In this document: piece by piece, positions 11,057 to 24,643 of the stretch
Numbering within the stretch: position 1 is the stretch's first letter
How the letters are laid out: the number at the start of each line of letters is the position of its first letter
From: Thalia democratica
Lineage: Eukaryota
Assembly (NCBI GenBank): GCA_965202585.1
Contig: OZ241826.1
Span: 48,112,001 to 48,176,000, forward strand
Direction: 5' to 3'
DNA length: 64,000 nt
The notes under the pieces: generated by a model
Told to the model about the DNA's origin: nothing
Database searches by the model: none
What the model saw: the letters and a program-made list of their open reading frames with translations, nothing else
Made by a program: the position numbers and the translations under genes

Positions 11057-14000
11057 TCATTTTTTCAAACGTTCTTGCAACTTCTTTTTGAAAGCGAGAA
11101 GCTCCTTTTTTCTAACTTGGTGCTTTCTTTTTCTTAACACTTTCGGAACTGAGCCAATCTTTTTAGGGTCGATAAAGTGCTGGACTTTCTTTTTCTGGTT
11201 GGTAGATGGTGCAGAAGATTCTACAATTTCGTCACACAACATGGAGAGGTCCATCTTTTCCACATTGCTTTTCTTTGTGACCTTGACGTCCTTCAAAGCG
11301 TCTCTCATGAAGTTGAACTGGCCCATCTTTTTGTTGGGATTTTTGCGGTCTTGAATTAGGTTTTTCAACTTCACAGCGTTGGTTTTCAACTCATCAACAA
11401 AATCCTGTCTTTTCTTCTCTCTACCAAAATAAACTTATAGTTACTTTTAGAAATACTGTTTTTATAAAACTATTTTAATTGATGAAAAGTGTATTAAAAA
11501 AAAAACGTATAGTACATCATGAGTTTCTCATATTTTCTATGACAGACCTACATTACTAATTTAAAATGTATTCATATTTTTTTAGCTTTTCTTATCCTAA
11601 TAATTTTATATAACTACAAAAACTAAAATATTTATTTAGGTATTGTACAAAAAGAAATATTAAAAAATTTCAAAAACATAGTAGTATAAAAGTATGTAAC
11701 ATTACTCAACTGAGTTATCTTAGTTTATTTCCAAAACAAAATTCTTAATTGATTTTGAGAATTACTGTAAATATGTCATTACAATAATTGCTTTGTCTTA
11801 ATATTAAAAATATTTTTTGGATAGCTAATTCATTTTACTTTAAGTGTAAAAAAGTTGAGACATTAGTTTAATTTTGGGTTAGTTAAAAAAAAATGTTTAA
11901 ACTTTTTGATATATTTGTAAAGTATACTGTTATACAAAGCTGAATTATAACCAGAATTAAAATTTAAGTTATTTCGTTTGACTTTAGATAAAAATACATA
12001 GCTTCCGCCATAAACGAAAAAAGGATATAACAATAATTCACAAGCTATTTACTTAAGCATAACATTTTTGATACTTTTTACTTAGGTTGAATCTTAAAAC
12101 AATAAATTTCAATTCATAAAAAAACCAATAGCAAGTGATTGTTGTAAAAGGTAGTACAAGAAAATTAGTTCTAAAATTATCTAAGTTTTTCATGTAAACC
12201 AACTTCAAAATATATAATGTAAGTAAATTAATTAAGTTAAAATTTAATTTGAAAATATTCTTAATATTATACATTTCTAAATTTTAACACTGCTTAATTT
12301 AAAATGTTACCTTCTTTCCTTCTTGTTCAGTCTCTTTTCTTCTTTTATCTCTTTCAGCTTGGCTTCTTCTTCCTTTTCATTTTGGGCTTTCTGCTTCTGT
12401 ATGGAAACTTGAAGATTTTCTGCTTGCTCTAACAACTGGCTTTTATCTATCTTGATGTTTCCAAACGGATTTTCAACCATAACTAAACTCTTAGCTTTTG
12501 CAACCTGAAGAGTTATTGTAAAAAAATTAATCATAGTACACAAATAAAAAAAGTTTCAAATAGTCTTTTTATAAGCTAAACTCCTTTTTTCAAAACTAGT
12601 TTTGGTTTATTTTGATCCAAGTCTTTTAGAAGTTATGTAATTTGAAGTTCAGCTTTTTTTTTTATTTACAGGTTAAAAATACCCAAATGTATTGTATAAC
12701 TTTTAACTACAAATTAAATTATCATTAAGCTACAGAAAAATGATGGTAAAATACTCTTTAATGTTTTCTATCATTTTTCGGATATGTTCCTGAAAACTAA
12801 GATAAATAGTTTGAAAACTCAATAATTTTTTATATTTTATCTTGAAAATGATTAACGTTTTTTCCGAAATTCAGGGTGCCTGTAGGCTATTTTTCACATG
12901 TTAAAAACAAATTTTCATGAAAATCTGTGAAAGAAAACTTCTTAAGAGCTTTTTACTAAAGTAGTTCAGACCACATAAAAATATACTTACTTAATTTTTT
13001 CATAAAAAAACAGCAAATTTTACAATTACAAATAAAGTTTTAAAAGTTTGAGTTTTCAAACAACTCACATTATTTTTTGCTAAACAATATACCATACTAA
13101 AGAAAACTTTTAAATAAAAAAAAAGTATTTCATAAGCCATTTTTTAGAAACTATAAATAAATTTAAAAACTTTTCCAAATGACTGAAAAAAAGCAAAAAT
13201 AGGTTACATTTAAGCTAACATAATTTCTGAAATACTTAAAGCAGAAAAGAAACAAAGTAATGGTCCTAATCTTGTCATACTATATAAATAACTTGACTTA
13301 ATTTGTCAGTCACCAAAAAAGTCAATGTCCACATGAACTCTCTTTGCATCCCATTTGTTTTCAATAAATAAAAAATACATGTTAATACAATAAAATGTTT
13401 AAAATTACTCAGTATTCTTAGTTTTAGAACTTAAAAACGATATTTATGATGAAAAAGTTTTTATTTTAGTGAACAACTTTAAGCTTTTGTTGCTGAAAGC
13501 TAATTAGTGCTTTATTTTTTTATTAAGACATTGATTAACTTTTGGTAGTTTGAAACTGTTTAATAACAAAGTAATGTATATTTTGTTTAAGCTATTAATA
13601 TCATTTTCAAACTACAAAAATCAACAAAATTTTTATGCAGAACTTGACAAAGTCAAAACAACTCAAAAATAGTTAACTTCCTTTATAATGAACAACCTTA
13701 TTTTTTTAATAAAAACTAGTTCTGTTAAAAATTTATCAAGCTTTAATAATAATTTCCTAATAAAATATAAGTTTTTAGCAAACATTACTGTTTTTATTAA
13801 GTTTATGGATATTTTAATAATTTTATAAGTTGTTATCTAAATACTTAAGTTATACTAAAAATGAAATAATACAAATAAAATTATTTTAAAAATAATTCTA
13901 ATAATCATAATTAAAAACTTTTTTTAACAACTTTTATATTATAAACTTTTGATGCGTTTAGTAATAAGTATAATAAAAGTTATGTTTAATAAATATCCTA

Positions 14001-14391
14001 ACTTATAAAATTTAAACTAATTTTACTATGAAAAATAAAAACAATTGATGAAATTTGATTTACGCAAACGCTAAAAATTAAATTACCTAAACAGAGTGAT
14101 GGAAAAACTTTAGAAAACTATAGCACTTTATGAAATATAAAAGTAGTTGATAATATTTTATATCTTTTTATCTACTAACAGAAAAAAAATTGCTTTAAAT
14201 TAAACACAAATATACATAAATAAAATACATACCTTTTTTGATTTCAGGGTATCAGATTCATTATCAGCTAGTGAAAAGTTTGAAGGTTTTATTAAAGTAA
14301 ACTCTTTCAAAGTATCTTTTTCTGTACCATCATCAATTTTCACAGCTGCAATATGACTTCTAGACTTGGCTTTTTGCTTTATTTTACCCAT
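11057..14391 (-). CDS. SLX9: Ribosome biogenesis protein SLX9 homolog (FAM207A)
   Basis: Three GT-AG exons 14233-14391, 12311-12504, 11057-11420 join in frame. MGKIKQKAKSRSHIAAVK, NPFGNIKIDKSQLL, LNKKERR and GQFNFMRDALKDV parallel FAM207A motifs (MGK..R.H.AAV, NIF..TKID...L, LPKKEK, GDL..LRDAL). Lys-rich basic protein. Confidence 0.8.
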
Positions 14392-15115
14392 ATCTTACAT
14401 ACACTAGTAAAAAATACAAACTAAACTTTTATAAAAAAATAAATGAAACAAAAATTACAATTTTTAATGCTAAATGTTATAAAAAACCTCTATCAAATTC
14501 TTTTTATGACATTTTTTTAAAATATAGAATTTAACAATTAATTTTAGTATAAACACATTTAATATAATAATACACTTTAGATGAAAAAAAAGATAAAATG
14601 ACAAAAAAATGTAAAAAATATTAAATTATAGTAAGTTTTGGCCTATTTAGATTATCTTTATTGGATTAATTTAATTTTATTTTGTTTAACATTAACTATT
14701 TAACGTTCAACATAGCAAAAATTAACATAAAAAAATTTAGTTGCTAACAATTTATACTTATCATTCAGTTGTAAATTTTGAACAATTTTCTTAGTTTATT
14801 AAGTATATATTATATTATGTCTCATTAACACTAGTTAATAACCTAAAGCAACATAAATCAAAACAATGATTATTTAACAATAAAATTATTAACAGCAACC
14901 AATTAAAAATATATATTTATGCTTTAATTGCATACAAAAGTTATGGGCTAGGCTAATTTTTGTAACAAAAAAACTTTGTATAGATAGTGTAGTAATAAAA
15001 AAGGTTATAAGTATGATAATTTATTAGTATTAAGATGGAAAAAATATGTAAAACTCATAAATTTACAAATTTTTATTTCATTGCTTATTATCTACTGCTG
15101 TTGCAGGTCAAAACC

Positions 15116-15402
15116 TTTTGTCTTTAGTATAATATGGTTAACATAAACCGGATGAGTAACTATGAAAGTTTAGAAAATTTTTAAGTTTTTAGGAGTTTAT
15201 TTTAAATTCAGTCAAGACTTTTATATATTTTTCAAGTTCTAACTATATTTTCTGTCCTAATAATAACTTTTGTCTCTAGTATACAATGGTTAACATTAAA
15301 CAGATGAGTAACTAAAAAATTTAGAAAATTTTCTAGTTTTTAACAGTTTATTTTAAATTTAGTCAAAACTTTTATTATATTTTTCAAGTTCTAACTATGT
15401 TT
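15116..15402 (+). repeat. Two-unit tandem duplication, period ~152 bp
   Basis: TTTTGTCT(T/C)TAGTATA..ATGGTTAACAT..GATGAGTAACTA..TTTTTCAAGTTCTAACTAT occurs at ~15116 and again at ~15268. Confidence 0.8.
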
Positions 15403-15518
15403 CAATTTGTTGTCTTTGCAAAAAATTTGTAATAATAATGTTCAAAAAAAAGTATTTATTTTGTAAAAAAATATATTATTCTATTAGGTAAAAATATTGT
15501 GTATTTCTATTGAACAAA

Positions 15519-15893
15519 CAGGGTTGCCATCCTTTGAGCGAAAAAAACTGTCCTGAGTAACTTTAAACTGTCCAAAGTATTATTAAATCATTAAGAATAT
15601 AACTTTTTAACTTTACTAAATCAATAAAAATTAGGTTTTTCAATGAGGTTAGATATTAAATAATAAAATATTGAAACTAAATCTCATTCAAAATCTAGAA
15701 AAAAAATATCCTGAGAATTTCAGATATCTAAAAACTATTCTGAGTTATTTATTAAAAACTACACTGGCCTGATTCATTCTGAGTTTTAAAAAATCATATT
15801 ATCCTGATTAATCCTAAGATTATTTTCATAATTTTTAAAATATCATGAGTTATCCTGAGTGTCTTAAGTATCCTGAGTGTATGGCAATCTTGT
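15519..15893. mobile_element. MITE with CAGGGTTGCCA-type TIR and TCCTGAG subterminal repeats
   Basis: CAGGGTTGCCAT at 15519, degenerate ATGGCAATCTTG at ~15882-15893 and repeated (A)TCCTGAG motifs. Related fragments occur at ~17270-17343 and ~56720-56870. Confidence 0.5.
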
Positions 15894-18768
15894 AGAAAAC
15901 CGTTGTAATGACAGATGTATATTTTAAAGCTATTATACTCAGATTTTTCACTCTTTGACTCAAAAGTACCAATCTGATTTAATTAAAATTATCAAGAGTT
16001 TATGGTCAAACACTTTCTTAAAAAAAGCAGATAATGCCTAAAATTTATATCTTTGTACTTTTTATTTAGATTTTTACATTAAGTTCTTTTAAATTCTTGT
16101 TAGTTTAGTTCACTGAACTGATTTCACTAACTTGATCATATAATTTTAACTATTAATGTTCTATCAACTACTTACTGCATTGACATTAAAAAATTTTGGT
16201 CAAAACTAAAATTTTTAATTATTACATTTAAATACCTTAAATTCATGAAATAAGCTTTAAATTTAAATGATATTTTTATTCATAAAAGTTGAGATGACAC
16301 TATGACAAAGTCTTACTAACTTGGCCCTGATAGTATTATAACATCTTTAAGAGATATATGTAACAACTTTTAATTGAGTTTTATATTTTTAAACGCTGAA
16401 ATGTATATAAGTTGTAATGTAGACTTAGAATAAAAAAATTATAATTAAAATAACATGATCAGTTTTTGAGGAACTATATGAATAAAAACTAGAAATTATT
16501 AAAAGCATCAACTATCAAACGAAATAAGGATTTTTAAGTACGTACAAATTTCCTTTAATAAAACAAAACATTAAACAAAGTTTCAACAGTAGTAAAAATA
16601 TTTTAAATAAATAGTAGCTATAAGTGCCACTTAAGTAGTTATTTAAGCTTTAATATTATAATTTAACAATAATCAAGTTTTCTTAAAAAATAAATTAAAA
16701 TTGAATAATATATAGACAAAACAATAACTATTATGAGATTTAAAATTGAATTCAAAAAATATCCTGTGCTTTTCAAAAATACAAAAAAAAAACTAATGAA
16801 GCGTTTTTTTAGAAAAAAATGAACTACCATATAGTTAAAGTTAATCATTCAGACATAGAACAAAAGGTTATTAGATAGTTTTAAACTCAGTAAGCATTAC
16901 AAGATGAGGTTCAAAATTAGTTAGAATATCACATAAATGTTTTGAAAGTAGCACTTGAGATTTCTATATACAAACTTTATTGTATTTAAAATCTCAACTA
17001 ACTACTGAAAGCTATAACTTTTAGTTTAAATACTATCTAACATTTACCTTCTTTTCATCATAGTTTAGGGTAGCAGTCTAAGTGACCGAGAGCTTGAGTT
17101 ACATCAAGATAGCTGGAGTTGAAATGAGTTTCTAAGAACAAATTTAAAAACTTGTAATATGGGCCTAATTGAAAATGATGATGTTCAACCTATGGACTTA
17201 ATAAATTCATGCCTTTTAAAAGTTTTAAAGTCATAAAATCTAGTCTAAGATTTATAAAAAATACCAAAACTAGCCTGAGTTTATCAAGAAAATTAAAATC
17301 AGCCTGAGTCATCCTGAGTAGCTTTAGTGTGTAAGAAACCCTGTTTTAAGCAGGGGTCAGAAGCAGAGCTATATATACTCTAGCTCAGGGGTCAAATTTT
17401 TTTTTTTTTTTTATAAGAACTTGGTTATCAGAAAATAAATAAAAACATTAGTTTTATCTTTTTTATGATAATCTATTGGCTAGTTTTATTCTTGTTATAA
17501 AATGAGTTAAAAACATGTTTTTAAGCACATAAAAATGTTCCTTTTTCAACCTGTTGACCTCTACTCTAGCTAAACACTTTAATCGTAAACAAACGATTCA
17601 TTATTAAGTATTCAGTGCTCAGCTGGCATAGCATCATTAGCATTCTGGCAACCCTGGTCATTGGCTTATAATATAAACAATCCAGAGTTGCTTAAAAATT
17701 TACTTTGGGAATAAAAATATTTTGTAGAAACATTATTTGATAAAAATAATTTAAAGCTAGAAAACAACTTAAAAAAGCAGAATTTTAATAAACTAACCAA
17801 AATAAATTTTTCATAATGTGGGTATTTGTAATTTTGTATTAGTTATTAATAAGGTGTTAGTGTTTTTAACAAGTAAACAGAAATGGGGTTTGAAAAAAGT
17901 AAAAATATCATATTTTACTGTCTTTACTTTCAAAATACACTTAAGAACTTGGGCAAGGTAGTAAAAGTACAGTAAAACTGCTTGAAAACTGTTTTGCAAA
18001 ATAAAAAGCAAATATGTTTGTTAAAAAAATATATGATCTAAATGGATAAAATTTAAAGTATAAACACTTAACTTTGTTCTAAGCTTTAATTAAATAAACA
18101 AATAAACAAATAGAAAAAAAAGACATGAATGTGAGCATTAACAATGATTGTCATTAGATCTGGTGTAAATAAAGGCATTTGTTCATCATGCATACACTTT
18201 AACACTTTTTTTTTAAATCTTTAGCTATATTAAAAAATATATAGTTAAAGAATCAATAAATCAGAAAACAACATAAAACATTAAAATATATAAACAAACA
18301 CCAACACCAATATAATACATAAAATACAGTAGGCAAGCACTCTTTTTAACCTATTAAAATTATTGTTAAATTAATACTGTGAAACATTTAAAAAAATACT
18401 GGAAATTTAACAATATTTACTATGTCAATACTGTAAAATTATAACTATTTTATTTAATTAATTTAAGATTAAACTGGTATTTTTAATACATTTACCAAAC
18501 TACTACATATCGCAAAGAAGAAGTTTTGTTTTTAAATGTTTTTTAACACTTTGTACAATCATGCTGTAAAAATAGCTTTCTAAGGTGGTGAATTCCTAAC
18601 TCATACATGAATTAAGACAATTTAGTAACTACTATTTATTTAATTTAACAAAGGCTAAAAATCTTTATACTTTAAAAAAAAGTAAACAGTTGTATACTTT
18701 GAATAAAGGCAGATGTATAAGAGCTATCAATCTTCAATAAAATTAGGAATTTTTACAATTACCTACGA

Positions 18769-20048
<1,280 letters not shown>

Positions 20049-22687
20049 ACCTAAGATATCCTTTGTTGTAAATTTAAAAAAGTAAACTTTATCTGTAGAT
20101 AATTAAATTAATTATTATTAATTTTACAAATGAAAACTTAAATCTTAACTTTAGTTTTTTTAGTTTTAAACTTTGTTATTTATTACGTTTAATGGCAAAA
20201 CCAACTCGACTTTGCTGACGATTGCCGAAAAATGCTTCTAGTTGATAAAATTATAAATAAATTTAACATTTGAAATAGATTTAAATGAGTGCTTAAATTT
20301 CTAAAAGTTATTACTTTACTTTTAAACATATTTTATAACCTTAATTAAACTCGGTTTTGAAATGAAATTTTTCTATTTTAAACTTCTAAAGTAAAAAAGT
20401 TTAGTTTTGATAAAAAAGTTTTTGTAATGTAGAGCAACTACAACTTAGTTTTCAATAATTTAATCACTGTTGTTACTAAACGACTTCAAAAATTTTCTGC
20501 AAAATAAACAAAAATAAATACAATAAAAGATTATACATTTATAAGAAAACAACAACTGCTAAAACTATAAAATTCTTTTTTGATCAGCTAATTTAATGCA
20601 TTTTCAAATAATTTATTTATATAAAATTTTTGGGTTATTACAGCTTGTTATTTGAAAAAATATTATTGCTAAATTAATACTGTCAAACATTTGAAAAATA
20701 CTGGAAATTTAACAATATTTACTATGTCAGTCAGATAACTAAAACATTTATGAATAAAAAGTTAATATTTTATTTGAAGTTTTAGGTATATGTTTTTAAC
20801 TATTAGTTTTTCAATATTTTATCGATTAAAAAAAGGGAATTTAAAGCCTGGATAAATTGTTTCTTTCAATTTTTAACTGTACTAAAACATTTTAGATTTT
20901 AATTTCAAACTAAACTTTATGTTATTATGTATCACAACATTATTAAATAGTTTTAAATGTCTAAATAGACGAAAAAGCTAGGAAAGAATTTAATTATTAT
21001 AAGAGGATGTTTGCAATATTTACTAAACTTGTTAATTACTTTGTATTAAAGTTTTATATTAATCGACTAAATAAACATTAATAATTTCAAGTATAATTTT
21101 AGTACCTGAACTTTATGCTTAGTTGTTTTACAAGTTAGTATTAGATCTGTAATTTAAAAGTTATTTCTACTTAATAATTTTAATTTTTAAAACGTCAACT
21201 ACTTAAATTTTAAAATTAGTGATTCAAGTTAAATTTATTATCTAAAAGTTGCAAATTGTTTACAATTTATAGCATAATTTTTCTTATAATGGTACATATT
21301 AAAGTTATATTTTTAAAACAGGTGTTAAACAACAGTTTTAAAATTATTAAATAATTTTCAAAAAAAAATCACAAAAATATTGGTTACTTTACAAGTTAGC
21401 TAAATATTTAAAAATATATATTATATTGTAGCTGTATAAATAACCGTCTTAAAGTTTACATTAAAGCTTTAAAAAGTAAAACTAAACCTAGTTTATCACT
21501 GAAGAATAACTATTAAAAAAGAGAAAAAGTGCAGACTTTGATATTATATTAATAAGTTTTAAAATAAGTAGTTAAGTTTTAAATAAACTTTTCTAAAGTA
21601 ATCTATTTAAGGGACTCTGAGCTGAGATCTTTTGATAAAGATTAGTATAAAATTCTACACAGATAATACCATTCGTAGTTTTTTAAAAACTTCTAAAATA
21701 AAGGTATAAATTACCAATAAAATATATCTATTTGAACTAAAATTACGATTGTAGCAGTTAGAATAGTTAATTAAACTTTTAAATGCCTTTTTATTTGTTA
21801 TATGAGCAACAATTAGCGTTTTTAACTCTTACTTTATTTGAATGAGGATTTTGTTAAAACTGTATAGCTTTATAAAGTTTTGTAAAAAAAAAATTAATAA
21901 TAAATTTATTACCACTATTTGTTATAATTTACTTAAAAAAGCAAAAGTTCGATAAATGTTTCTAAATTTTTTTCTACTTTTAGAGGATCAATTTCGAGAT
22001 GTCACCAAGTAAACATGACATATTTTATGTGTTACGAAAATTTTTTGAAAAGTTACAAGACATTAAAATAGGTATAAAAATGTATTAACTTTAGAACAAA
22101 CTTTTCTAAGGTGGTATATATGTAGTTCGTACTTGCTATATATCAAGTTACAGTTAATAGCTTGTCTTACATTAAAAAAATACTAAACGAACTGGTGGTA
22201 TCAATTTACCGTTGCTTGTACTTTGTAGTCAAAACAACACGTAACTGATAAACGGGGCACTAACGGCAAGTTATGAAGTAAACTCTGACCTGCAAAGCTT
22301 TTTTTATATAAATTAATAAAATTGAGCTTGTTAATAATAAATAATATAGTATAAGTTCTTAGTTTGACTTTAAGTAAAGGTGTTAGTGGTTATTAAACAT
22401 TTTTTATTTTGGTTTTGTTGTTTAATTCTAATGAAATAAGCGGCTCTTGAGAAACTATTTTTGATAAGTCTTGCGCGTCGACTAGAAAACTTTCCTACCC
22501 CGAATTATAAAAAAGTTAAAATCAACAACAGCTTCTATGCAACATAATTTTAAATAACTAAAAATTAGAGACTATACACTTGTTTTAACATTTTAACTTC
22601 TATATTTCAGAACTATCTTTATACGCTGATTAATTGTTTTAAAAAAATATTTGTTTTTGAATATATTATAAGATCTATGTGTTAGAA

Positions 22688-22760
22688 CAGGGGTCGGCAA
22701 ACTTGGTTCCTATCAAATTTGCGGACCGCGAGCAAGTTTTTATAGTATGCAGCTCGCAAG
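22688..22760 (+). mobile_element. Left end of a Charlie/Buster-type hAT MITE
   Basis: CAGGGGTCGGCAAAC terminus, GCGGACCGCG subterminal motif, preceding 8-mer TGTTAGAA (NNNTANNN). No matching right end was identified. Confidence 0.5.
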
Positions 22761-23360
22761 CAAGTAAATGTCGTTCGCTAAAAGAAAATAAAGTTTAAAA
22801 AACAAAAAACTGTAGTTTGATTATTTTTGTTTTTTTAAATGCTAATAAATGCAACATTTTTATACCAAAATACATCTGTAGTTTGCGTTTTTGTGTAAAA
22901 AGTTATTTTCAGTGATAAACTTAAACTTTTATTGATAAGAAATAATTTTTAGCTTTGACAATAAAAAATATTTTTTACATATTTACTTTATTTTTATTGT
23001 TATTTTTACTGTTATTTTACTTTAGTTAAAACAGAATTTTTCAAAACGTAAGTGAAGCTAAAGTAGTAAAGCCAACACATTATAAGTTCAAAACACTTAT
23101 TGTTAATTAGCAGAGATTTTCTTTAAAAATCTAAAGTAACTGCAAGTGATTCATGTTACTGTTAATACTTTTTTTATGATATTTTTGTTTACTTGTATCA
23201 TTAATGTAATTAAAGTTAAAAATAGTGAGTATGTTAAGCATTTAGATATGTACTTGCTTTTAAATTTCAAAAACGCAACTGTAAACACTTTTACTACAAA
23301 CTCTTTCTTACGGCAAAGTTTCTTTGGCTTGAAACATTTTTTTTAAGAAAAAAAAACAAG

Positions 23361-24643
23361 ATGAAAGTAACTCTGGCCTCCTTCCTGAAATGCGGTACGC
23401 AAACTATGGCTGCCGCTTTCGAGGAGCTGGGGTTCAAAAACTGCAACTTCCTCGATCAGTTCTTTTATCAGCACGACGGCTGGATGAGGCTGATGAGTGA
23501 GGGGGAGTGCGACTTCACGCGGATGTTTGAAAACTACTATTTCTGCACCGGCACTCCGGCTTGCTTTTTTTGGAAGCAAATCAGCGAGGCTTTTCCCGAC
23601 GCTAAAGTGCGGCTCGTTAGATTTGTGTACTAATTTTCTATTGAGTTCGCGGTTATATCAAAAGTAGTTATGAAAAGTTAATTTGCTAAGGTTGTAAAAT
23701 ACTTTTTTTTTATGTTTAAAAAAATGTAGAAGTGTAATTTTTTTTATTTTTGTTTAACAAAAAAAAATAAATTAAACCTATGAACCACCAAATAGTTTTG
23801 ACAACGAGATTGTCAGACAGAGTGTGGGTGAAAAGCTACCAGGAGCAGCTGGAAGGCGTCGAAAAGCACCTAAATCAGGTTGATGTCTCCTACCAACTGA
23901 AAACTGATGAACTACAGGTCAGAAAGTTTGTAAGTCAACTTTGAGATAACTGAAATTGTATATTAATACTTTTTTTTGATTTTTCCATCATTACAGGGAC
24001 TTGCATTGCTGGTTTTGGTCCTGAGTTTCCAACAGTTAAGTCCAACGAAAAGCTGATGTTAGAGGCTTACAACAGGCATAGTGCTCATATAGTTTTGGTT
24101 AATATTAATTTCTATAGTTTTTAGTAGTATTTAAAACAATTTTTTTAATTTGAATTTTGTTTTAGAAACACAGTTTTTTTTTTACCTTGATCATCATTGT
24201 ACTTTTTCATCTATCATACTTTTTGAATAAATGTTTAAGTTTAAAAAGTTGATAGTTATAACTGAAATTCAAAATAAGAACATTTGTGTTTTACAAGAAG
24301 GTCTAAAAAACGTTGCATCGTGAAAGTAAAGAAGTTTGACGTAGCAACACGTAACCGTTTATTTTTCCAAGAATGCGCCCAAAGATCGACTCCTTATATT
24401 CGACTTCAAAGACGGTTGGGATCCGCTTTGCAAGTTCCTCGGTTATCCGGTTCTCGATGTTCCGTTTCCGCACAAAACGTCAAGGGTTCAAAAGTCAGGG
24501 AAATAGTGTCGACTGATCCGCACCCACTATTTCGGCGAATCGACAACGAAGTTAAAATTGCAAAGCTCTTATTGGCTGCTTTGTTGACGCTTGCTTTTTA
24601 TTGGTTGCCGTTGAACGTTGATTTTGGCTCATTCGTTCAATGA
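23361..24643 (+). pseudogene. Sulfotransferase-family (P-loop, NAD-dependent-epimerase-associated/Sulfotransfer_4-like) gene with apparent disabling lesions
   Basis: Exons ~23361-23606, ~23792-23929, ~23997-24098, ~24372-24643 give MKVTLASFLKCGTQTMAAAFEELG, TPACFFWKQISEAFPDAK|IVLTTR, AYNRHSAHIV, APKDRLLIFDFKDGWDPLCKFLG..PFPHK|NVKG and a C-terminal hydrophobic anchor. Intron 1 ends in AA rather than AG, the exon 2/3 phases do not match at the best donor, and there is a 1-nt deficit in CACAAAACGT at ~24475. Confidence 0.75.

Noticed and set aside
11088-11359. Plus-strand ORFs over the last SLX9 exon
   Set aside because: Antisense shadows of a Lys-rich exon.
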